Part shown: positions 1 to 6,689 of the stretch, piece after piece
Numbering within the stretch: position 1 is the first letter of the stretch
Layout: the number at the start of each line of letters is the position of its first letter
Source: Candidatus Woesearchaeota archaeon
Lineage (GTDB): Archaea; Nanobdellota; Nanobdellia; Woesearchaeales; UBA10216
NCBI GenBank assembly: GCA_016180085.1
Contig: JACPBX010000033.1
Location: 1-15,148 of the forward strand
DNA: 15,148 bases
Direction: 5' to 3'
The notes under the pieces: generated by a model
What the model saw: only the letters and a program-made list of their open reading frames with translations
Told to the model about the DNA's origin: nothing
The model's database searches: none
Position numbers and translations under genes: made by a program

Positions 1-243
1 CACCTACAGGTTGACTCAACTATCACTCCTCTCCGCTACCCCACAAGCGCAGACACTTACGATGCGTGCTGCTTCCTTCCGGACCTGACACATTAACCAT
101 AAATGCCAACCCTGCAGGACAGAGACTCAACGCTTTAGCTGAGGCCTACAGGCCAACACTAAACCGCCCCTCAAGCTTCGGTTCACCCGTAAAGCCCGTC
201 TGGTGTAACAGCGCAGGGCTGGCGCGCCAACCTAGTCTCCCGG
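1..243 (-). ncRNA. ffs: Signal recognition particle (SRP) RNA; 3' end probably beyond the window start
   Basis: Reverse complement of 68-89 is GTCAGGTCCGGAAGGAAGCAGC, the SRP54/Ffh-binding helix 8 motif with a GGAA tetraloop. The stem extends GGCATTTA (107-100) / TAAGTGTC (59-52). A 5' hairpin GGTTGG-CGCG-CCAGCC lies at 232-217. An upstream TATA (271-265) places the 5' end near 240-245. Both ends are approximate. Confidence 0.9.
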
Positions 244-264
244 CGAGGGGTAATGAAGGAAGGG

Positions 265-277
265 TTTTAAAGGTTTC
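265..277 (-). promoter_or_regulatory. BRE/TATA promoter of the SRP RNA
   Basis: The minus strand reads GAAACCTTTAAAA, with TTTAAAA at 271-265, about 22-25 nt upstream of the predicted RNA 5' end. Confidence 0.6.
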
Positions 278-285
278 TGATAAAA

Positions 286-648
286 TCAGAGAGGATAAAA
301 TCCTGATGTGATTTCGGCAGCCAAGCGGCTTTGTGGGAAGTCTCTGCGGTAACTGTCTTCTAATGGCATTAAGTGGTCACCAATTCCCGCCAGTGTACCA
401 TTTCCTCTCACAAATTGGTCAAGAGAATTGAACACCGCATTAGCCTGCTGCAATGCAGACTGTGCCTTAGCAAGGTTTTCTGGTGTCTGGTGCAGAGCTG
501 CTTCCCGTGCCCTATCTGCAAAAATGACTAGCGCCCTTCTTGTGTAGGCATGCCAACCCCATTGAGTTTTTTCCGAAGCAGCATAACGTTTTCTAAGGTT
601 TGTAAAGTCAGCTGATAGCTTCCTTATTATTATTTGATCTAGGGTCAT
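286..648 (-). CDS. Hypothetical protein, 120 aa, predicted mostly helical
   Basis: ATG-started ORF filling the gap between the protease and the SRP RNA. TATA box TTTATAAG (679-672) lies 24 nt upstream of the ATG. No recognisable motif. Confidence 0.6.
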   Translation of the reverse strand: MTLDQIIIRKLSADFTNLRKRYAASEKTQWGWHAYTRRALVIFADRAREAALHQTPENLAKAQSALQQANAVFNSLDQFVRGNGTLAGIGDHLMPLEDSYRRDFPQSRLAAEITSGFYPL

Positions 649-680
649 AGCATCAAGGAAATTAGTTTTTACTTATAAAT

Positions 681-1604
681 CTATATCAACCGCAAAATTC
701 CGTACCCCACAAAGCACCCCACCGCAATAAACGGCATCGCAGGGTAGAATTTACCTCTCTTGCCTATGGCTAGCAGGATTGTTAATGCGGCAGCAGCAGC
801 CACCGGAATTATCAGCGTCTTATAAAAGCCGAAAGTTGCAAGCGCTGCACCAGCAAAAAGCAGCGGGAAGCCAATGTCACCCCCGCCAATGACAGCATAA
901 TCCCCGGAGTCGGAATATTTTTCTTTTAGTGGAAGTTTGGCGGTGGCTGGCTGTTCCGGCTTTATTGGAGAAACTGCAGACTTAAGCGAGAGCTGCTTCG
1001 GGACAAAAAGGCCGGCAAACATGCTGTTGGCAGCCTGGAATTTGGCTAGGGCAATCATGTGCTTGCTCGCAAAAACAGCAAAAAAGTCGTATGCGGCAAC
1101 AAGGAGAAGCAGGATTGTGGCTGATTTGATGTTAAGAACAGGCACGAATATTGCTGCCAGGCCGCCGTAGATGAAAAGCTCACCTAAGTTGTGGGCCAGG
1201 ATGTTTGGCTTTAATACGCGGAAATATGCAATAATAATTGCCAAAATAGCAGCAACCACTTTGGGAAGGAAAGAGGAAAATGCGACTGTAAGCGTTATTA
1301 CCAGTGCAAGCGAGAACCAGATTTTCCAAAGCGATACCTTCCTGAACTTTATTATCAGCAGAAGTAGGAGAGTGCCGACAGCAATGGCCGCGCCAAGGAA
1401 GATAAATGAGGTATCAGGGGCAAGATTGGGTCTTTCCATGTTGTAAGGCAATGCCTCGTATACGGAAACAGGCCTCCCTGCCTTTTCCGTCGCCATTTTT
1501 GAAGCATCGGCATCCACGTACGAGCTCACCACAAAAAGGCCTATTATTTGGGCGGCCAAGAACATTGAAAGAAGAACAGCTGAAACAGGCACAGTATGCT
1601 TCAT
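681..1604 (-). CDS. Presenilin / signal peptide peptidase family intramembrane aspartyl protease (GxGD type, A22)
   Basis: Multi-pass hydrophobic protein with YD (AAYDFFAV..KHM), GxGD (IGGGDIGFP) and a PAL-equivalent motif (YPAMPF) in the canonical order. Confidence 0.93.
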   Translation of the reverse strand: MKHTVPVSAVLLSMFLAAQIIGLFVVSSYVDADASKMATEKAGRPVSVYEALPYNMERPNLAPDTSFIFLGAAIAVGTLLLLLIIKFRKVSLWKIWFSLALVITLTVAFSSFLPKVVAAILAIIIAYFRVLKPNILAHNLGELFIYGGLAAIFVPVLNIKSATILLLLVAAYDFFAVFASKHMIALAKFQAANSMFAGLFVPKQLSLKSAVSPIKPEQPATAKLPLKEKYSDSGDYAVIGGGDIGFPLLFAGAALATFGFYKTLIIPVAAAAALTILLAIGKRGKFYPAMPFIAVGCFVGYGILRLI

Positions 1605-1623
1605 GAGCCGGCATCAGAAAACC

Positions 1624-1635
1624 TTATATAAAAAA
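1624..1635. promoter_or_regulatory. TATA element shared between divergent genes
   Basis: TTATATAAAAAA is the only TATA-like element in the 59-nt gap between starts 1604 (-) and 1664 (+), and it can be read on both strands. Confidence 0.5.
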
Positions 1636-1663
1636 CTATTCACCGCCGCAACGGCGAACAACC

Positions 1664-2125
1664 GTGAAAATAGCGCATTCTGCCAGCATAAGGGTATTCT
1701 GCGGAGAAGGGGAGAGCGAGGGAGAGTTAACTAACGGCCTGAAATGGCTGGCTGCAGTTGATTTTGAGAAGGAAAAGGCAAGAATAAACAGGCAAACCGC
1801 CCTTGGATTCGGGGACAGGAAGATAGTCGTGCTCGAAGTTTCTTTGGCAAAGGACAGGCAGGTTAAGGCGTTTCTGGATAATCTTATTCAAAGATTGCCT
1901 GAAACCCAAAAGCAGCTCCTGGTGAGGCAGCTTGACTCGCGAGTAGATGACGATGCAAACTTCTTTGTGCGGTTTGAGAAGGAAACTCTGGCAAAGCATA
2001 GGGAATTGCTGCTTACCGATGGAGGGAACTGCTATCATGTGAAAATAAAGGTGGCTGCGTTCCCGGCGACAAGGAAAAAAGCGATAGAAACGGTGAAGGA
2101 CTTTCTTAGCGACGCGTTTTCATAA
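1664..2125 (+). CDS. Archaeal RNA-binding domain protein (DUF54 / COG1325-like, predicted exosome-associated)
   Basis: GTG start, 153 aa. The pattern of N-terminal beta strand (SIRVFC..E), 'LDSRVDDDANFFVRFEK' and C-terminal 'GNCYHVKIKVAAFPA' matches this family as remembered. Confidence 0.8.
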   Translation: MKIAHSASIRVFCGEGESEGELTNGLKWLAAVDFEKEKARINRQTALGFGDRKIVVLEVSLAKDRQVKAFLDNLIQRLPETQKQLLVRQLDSRVDDDANFFVRFEKETLAKHRELLLTDGGNCYHVKIKVAAFPATRKKAIETVKDFLSDAFS

Positions 2126-2492
2126 AGAAAAATAACGCTAGAAGAGCGAGGAAGACGTCGGAAGTTATCAATGTTAAAAGGTACACGATAATATTGTCAT
2201 AAGACAACACGCCAAGCTGCAGCATGAGGTTAAAGAGCAAGTAAAGCAGGAAAATACCTATGCCCGCCTTCAGGATAATTGCCTGACTTCCTTTTCCATA
2301 CGGGCTTTGGATCAAAAAAACAAAGATTAAAAAAAAGACCAGGGGGATGAAAAAAGGATAAGCATATGCCAGAAAAAGAAAACGGCTGTCAATCGGACTG
2401 GAATAATTCCACAAAACAGTGGTTATGGCATTAGCGGCGATAAGCGGCAATGCCAATAAAATTAGCAATGATTGTAATTTGCCCTTTTCCAC
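2106..2492 (-). CDS. Hypothetical membrane protein, about 4 TM helices
   Basis: GTG start, 128 aa, four hydrophobic stretches. TATA box TTTATAT (2522-2516) lies 24 nt upstream. The 3' end overlaps the convergent gene by 20 nt. Confidence 0.7.
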   Translation of the reverse strand: MEKGKLQSLLILLALPLIAANAITTVLWNYSSPIDSRFLFLAYAYPFFIPLVFFLIFVFLIQSPYGKGSQAIILKAGIGIFLLYLLFNLMLQLGVLSYDNIIVYLLTLITSDVFLALLALFFFMKTRR

Positions 2493-2605
2493 ATTTTATA
2501 AATACAGAGACAAGAATATAAACTTATCTCTTTGCCAAACTGAAAACCAAAAACAATATATTTAGGCACTAAACAGCTATATTGGTTATTGGTTGGGGTG
2601 TTTCT

Positions 2606-3430
2606 GTGGCTGATGAGGCAACGATTGCAAAATTAAAAGAAAAGGCAAGGCAGCTGCGAATTGGATCGATTAAGCTCGTTTACCAGGCTAGCTCAGGCCA
2701 TCCCGGAGGCTCGCTTTCGGCAGCAGACATAATGGCCGCGCTGTTCTACCACGCCATGCGTTATGACCCAAAAAGGCCCGACTGGCCTGACAGGGACAGG
2801 TTTATACTGAGCAAGGGGCACTGCACGCCATTGCTGTACTCTGTATTTGCTGATGTCGGATACTTCCCTAAAGAAGAGCTTGCGACATACAGAAGATTGG
2901 GAAGGCTTACAGGGCACCCAAACCCCAAGCTGCCTGGGGTTGAAATAGCAACTGGCTCGCTCGGGCAGGGGCTTTCTGTAGGGCACGGGATGGCGCTTGC
3001 AGGGAAGCTGGATAAGAAGGATTACTACGTTTACGTGCTGCTTGGGGATGGAGAATGCAATGAAGGCCAGGTATGGGAGGCAGCAATGTCTGCGGCACAC
3101 TACAAAAGCGACCACCTGATTGCCATTGTTGACAACAACAAGGTAGCGCAGGATAATTTGACTGCAAACCTGAAAGGCATTGAACCTGTTGACAAAAAGT
3201 TCGAGGCATTCGGCTGGCACGCGATAAGGATAGACGGGCATAACATGGCAGCCGTTATAGACGCTTTAGCAGCTGCGAAAAACGTAAGGGGAAAACCGGT
3301 TGTGATTGTTGCTGACACTGTAAAAGGAAAAGGGGTTTCGTTCATGGAAAACCAGTTCGCATGGCACGGCAAGGCGCCCAGCGAGGAAATGTTCAATAAA
3401 GCAATTGCTGAGCTGGAGGCTCAAAAATGA
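2606..3430 (+). CDS. Transketolase, N-terminal (TPP-binding) subunit
   Basis: Motifs GHPGGSLS, LSKGH, GHP, TGSLGQG, the TPP motif GDGE...DNN, and WHG. GTG at 2606 is preferred over TTG at 2582 because GGGGTG (2595-2600) is an SD-like sequence upstream of it. Confidence 0.96.
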   Translation: MADEATIAKLKEKARQLRIGSIKLVYQASSGHPGGSLSAADIMAALFYHAMRYDPKRPDWPDRDRFILSKGHCTPLLYSVFADVGYFPKEELATYRRLGRLTGHPNPKLPGVEIATGSLGQGLSVGHGMALAGKLDKKDYYVYVLLGDGECNEGQVWEAAMSAAHYKSDHLIAIVDNNKVAQDNLTANLKGIEPVDKKFEAFGWHAIRIDGHNMAAVIDALAAAKNVRGKPVVIVADTVKGKGVSFMENQFAWHGKAPSEEMFNKAIAELEAQK

Positions 3431-4389
3431 GCACTACAATCACCGCAACAGCCAAAGAGGCGGCAACCAGGGACGGTTACGGAAACGCGCTCATTAAACT
3501 GGGCAGCAGCGACCCAAACGTTGTTGTGCTTGATGCTGGGGTTTCTGATTCAACAAGGACCAACAAGTTTGCAGAGAAGTTTCCTGAAAGGTTCTTCAAC
3601 ATGGGAATAAGCGAAGGCGACATGGTCTGCACGGCTGCAGGGCTGGCGAAGTGCGGCAAGACTGCTTTTGCAACCAGCTTCATATGCTTCCTTCTTGGAA
3701 GGTCAATGGACCAGATACTCGTTTCAGTAGCTTATTCTGACAGCAACGTAAAAATAGTGGGCACACACGCTGGAGTTGCCATTGGCGAGGACGGGCCGAC
3801 TGCACAGGCAATAGGGGACGTCAGCTACATGAGGGCTGTGCCAAACTTCATCGTTATTTGCCCTGCTGATGCTGTTGAAGCAGAAAAGGCAATCATGGAG
3901 ATTGCCAAACGAAAAGGGCCTGCTTATGTCAGGCTGGGAAGGGGCAATGTCAGGACAATTTACGACGACAGCTACAAGTTTGAGATTGGTAAGGCTTCTG
4001 TGGTCGCTGAGGGAAATGATGCGGCAATAATTGCTTCAGGAATAATGGTGCAGGAATCGCTCGCTGCTGCGGAGGTTTTGAAAAAAGAAGGGATAAATGT
4101 GAAAGTTTTTAATATGTCAACAATAAAGCCGATTGATAGGCAGGCAATAATAGCTGCTGCAGAAACAGGCACAGTAGTAACTGCTGAAGACCACAACATC
4201 TATGGTGGCTTGGGAAGCGCTGTTGCTGAAGTATTGGCTGAAGAAAAGCTTGACGTTAAGTTTGAAAGGATTGGCGTTAAAGACCGGTTTGCCGAGTCTG
4301 ACAGCCAGAAGGTCCTGTTCAGGAAGTACGGGCTGGATGCTGAGGCGATAGCGGCAACGGTGAAGAAGGCAGTGACTGAGAAGAAATGA
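3427..4389 (+). CDS. Transketolase, C-terminal (pyrimidine-binding and C-terminal domain) subunit
   Basis: ATGA overlap with the N-subunit gene. Motifs ATRDGYG, GISE, THAG, GEDGPT, YVRLGR and EDHNIYGGLGSAVAE. The usual HQ motif reads AQ (see findings). Confidence 0.95.
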   Translation: MSTTITATAKEAATRDGYGNALIKLGSSDPNVVVLDAGVSDSTRTNKFAEKFPERFFNMGISEGDMVCTAAGLAKCGKTAFATSFICFLLGRSMDQILVSVAYSDSNVKIVGTHAGVAIGEDGPTAQAIGDVSYMRAVPNFIVICPADAVEAEKAIMEIAKRKGPAYVRLGRGNVRTIYDDSYKFEIGKASVVAEGNDAAIIASGIMVQESLAAAEVLKKEGINVKVFNMSTIKPIDRQAIIAAAETGTVVTAEDHNIYGGLGSAVAEVLAEEKLDVKFERIGVKDRFAESDSQKVLFRKYGLDAEAIAATVKKAVTEKK

Positions 4390-4415
4390 TTCTATATACG
4401 ATATTTTGCACCCAT

Positions 4416-4438
4416 CTAAAAGTATTTAAGCAAGCTTG
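4416..4438 (+). promoter_or_regulatory. BRE/TATA promoter of the accessory operon, followed by an 8-bp palindrome
   Basis: CTAAAAG-TATTTAAG (TATA 4423-4430) is immediately followed by the palindrome CAAGCTTG (4431-4438). Confidence 0.6.
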
Positions 4439-4453
4439 TTCTACCACGTAATT

Positions 4454-4513
4454 ATGGATTCAACTGCGACGATGAGTGGTGGTTGCATTTGGGCAATCAC
4501 AAAAGACTTCTAA
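4454..4513 (+). CDS. Putative 19-aa leaderless peptide MDSTATMSGGCIWAITKDF (not in the ORF track)
   Basis: The ATG lies 24 nt after the TATA box, the same spacing as leaderless genes elsewhere in this window. It ends at TAA 4511-4513, 26 nt before the wHTH gene. Confidence 0.5.
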   Translation: MDSTATMSGGCIWAITKDF

Positions 4514-4539
4514 AATAGCTGCAGCTGTAAAATTTCAGG

Positions 4540-4767
4540 GTGATTATCGGTGGCAATCGACTGCCGGATAGTTGCGCACGAGTACTTAAAGTTCTCACCG
4601 GTTGCGGGAAAGGAGTTTCACAGCAGCGGCTAATAGCCGAAACAGGGCTTTCTGAGAGGGCTGTGAAGTATGCGATAAAGGGGCTTGTGCAGGAAAAGTT
4701 GGCTTTCTACAAGATAGTTCTTGATGATACAAGGAGAAGACTATACTATGCAGAGGTAGGGAAATGA
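4540..4767 (+). CDS. Small winged-helix (MarR-like) DNA-binding protein
   Basis: GTG start, 75 aa. LPDSCARVLKVL...SQQRLIAETGLSERAVKYAIKGL...DTRRRLY resembles the archaeal LPPSAKLV...TVRYAL...DARQ.LY wHTH family. Confidence 0.8.
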   Translation: MIIGGNRLPDSCARVLKVLTGCGKGVSQQRLIAETGLSERAVKYAIKGLVQEKLAFYKIVLDDTRRRLYYAEVGK

Positions 4768-5147
4768 GAGACTACAGATTCAAAGACGGACAAAGGCTTG
4801 AACACATTGTGCACAGAACCTTGCCGCATGCAAAAAGGTTGGCTAATATCCTTACCGGAATAGATAACTTTGTGAGCATCTACAAAGCTGCACTAACAGT
4901 CGCACATAACCCGAGAGCTATTCCAAATGCGTTGTACACTACAGCGTTTGGTCTGATGAGTACTACGGCTTCACTTACAGCTGATACTGCAATTGCAGGA
5001 ACGATTTACAAAATAGCTTATCTCGATCCAACAAACTTGGAAAGAGCGGCTGATATATTCATTGGGCTTTTTGGTTTTTTGCCTGTTAGCATATTTATGT
5101 ACGTTTTAGGTCGTAGGTTGAATGAGTATATACAAGATACAAGATGA
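4764..5147 (+). CDS. Hypothetical protein with a C-terminal TM segment, 127 aa
   Basis: ATGA overlap with the wHTH gene (translational coupling). Hydrophobic stretch IFIGLFGFLPVSIFMYVLG followed by RR. Confidence 0.7.
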   Translation: MRDYRFKDGQRLEHIVHRTLPHAKRLANILTGIDNFVSIYKAALTVAHNPRAIPNALYTTAFGLMSTTASLTADTAIAGTIYKIAYLDPTNLERAADIFIGLFGFLPVSIFMYVLGRRLNEYIQDTR

Positions 5148-5183
5148 GTTTTGTCATAAGCTAAACGGAGAAGTGGTAGAAAA

Positions 5184-5744
5184 ATGTCAACAGAGATAAA
5201 TGTGCGACTTTTTGAAGCGTTGCAAAAACAGTTTTTCAAGCCTGCAACGTTAGTTGTAGGTTTCACTCTCCTTTTTAGCTTAATATTTTTCAGACCATTA
5301 ATCGCGTCACTATTCCTGATAGCACTAGGGGCTGTTTCTATCATTTACAAGCGCTGGGTAAGTATAGGAATAGATCTTGAACTTTGCAGCCTGTGTGCTG
5401 TTGCCGTAGGCTTAACTTACGGCTCTACTGCAGGGGCACTTTCGGGCGGCATTTCAATGCTCCTAGCCTTAAGCCTAAACGGACACGCGCTAGAAAACCC
5501 GTTTTTTGCAGCTATAAAAATCGGGACTGTTGCAGGTCTGGGCATCCTTGCAAGCATATTTGCCGCAAGTAATTTGGTGCTAATAGCAGGCATTTACACT
5601 TTTGTTGCTGACGCTATTTTTGTAGCAATAGCTTTGCAAACAGGCGGAAATGCCGGCAAATTATTTGTTTTCCTTATTACCCACACTCCAATTTTACTGT
5701 ACCAACTGAAACTGCTTTTACCATTGGCAAAAGCAGTATTGTGA
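5184..5744 (+). CDS. Integral membrane protein resembling an ECF transporter S-component
   Basis: 186 aa with about 6 TM helices. 'LELCSLCAVAVGLTYGSTAGALSG' resembles the S-component 'G..yGp..Ga.vG' pattern. The ORF is confident; the family is tentative. Confidence 0.65.
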   Translation: MSTEINVRLFEALQKQFFKPATLVVGFTLLFSLIFFRPLIASLFLIALGAVSIIYKRWVSIGIDLELCSLCAVAVGLTYGSTAGALSGGISMLLALSLNGHALENPFFAAIKIGTVAGLGILASIFAASNLVLIAGIYTFVADAIFVAIALQTGGNAGKLFVFLITHTPILLYQLKLLLPLAKAVL

Positions 5745-5755
5745 CGGGGGGTAAA

Positions 5756-6688
5756 ATGAAAAATGAAATGACATCTGCTGATTTGGAATCAAGAATAAAA
5801 GAAGCTCATACAACCATATCTAAAACTTTTGGAAAAAATGGCAACGGTGCAGAAAGTGGACGCGTAGTCACCACAGCAACAACACTCGTTGGAGCTGTTT
5901 TACGCCAAATGCCAGAACTTGACCTTGTGAGTGCACCAGACCACATTGCCCTTGCAGAGAATATTGCGCAGAGCTTTGCATCGGGAGGTAAACTAAAAAT
6001 ATTTGCCCCTTCTTGCCCTGACTACAAGCACGACGGCAGCACATACACTTTTGGCGAACTTGGTAACGGCGTAAGCCTCCTTGGGCTCTACCAGATAGAA
6101 TTTGCAGAGAAGCTCCTGCAACTTCTTGACGTTCATGGCGTCCCGTATGATTACATAGTCTTGACGGCCGACATTGAAGTGGAAGATGACGCAATGCTGG
6201 CAAAAAACAGAGTAACAAAAATGGAAGCAATTGAAAAAGTTAAAGGAACAATAAAAGAAACAGGCGAATACGCTAGTGGATTACTAATGCCTCAAAATGG
6301 AAGCACAGTACGCTCAGTTGGATTCTTACAGGAATTCAATGGATTTCCAGAATCGCAAAGGAGATATGAAGTTTTAATCGGGCAACTGCAAACCTCCTCT
6401 GCCGCGTTCAGGAAGGGCTTAGAACACCTTCATGAGGGAAGGCTTGGATTATATTCGAGGCTTTTTCCTGGTGCCAATCAAGCTGAATTGCACAATCTGA
6501 TGCCCCGCACCATAAGAACAATGGCACAGTATGCTACTTTAGGGCAATTGGCGAGAGAGCAAAACGCGGTTATAACTTCTCACAGGACATTAAACATTCC
6601 AGCCTATAATAACCCCAAACTGTTTTTAGGAAGACCAGAGGACTATAGAAGAGTGCCGGTTTTCAACTTTGACAGGGGGATATACTAA
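5756..6688 (+). CDS. Uncharacterised enzyme, about 310 aa; candidate cyclodipeptide-synthase-like / class Ic aaRS-derived (HUP) fold
   Basis: ATG 5756 follows an SD-like G-run (5746-5752); the track starts it at GTG 5741. Motif-like segments: FAPSCPDY, IVLTADIE, EAIEKVKGTIKE, RTMAQY, AVITSH. The ORF is confident; the function is inferred. Confidence 0.75.
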   Translation: MKNEMTSADLESRIKEAHTTISKTFGKNGNGAESGRVVTTATTLVGAVLRQMPELDLVSAPDHIALAENIAQSFASGGKLKIFAPSCPDYKHDGSTYTFGELGNGVSLLGLYQIEFAEKLLQLLDVHGVPYDYIVLTADIEVEDDAMLAKNRVTKMEAIEKVKGTIKETGEYASGLLMPQNGSTVRSVGFLQEFNGFPESQRRYEVLIGQLQTSSAAFRKGLEHLHEGRLGLYSRLFPGANQAELHNLMPRTIRTMAQYATLGQLAREQNAVITSHRTLNIPAYNNPKLFLGRPEDYRRVPVFNFDRGIY

Positions 6689-6689
6689 A

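Noticed and set aside
66-311. 81-aa plus-strand ORF
   Set aside because: It is antisense to the SRP RNA and its promoter, with no protein-like features.
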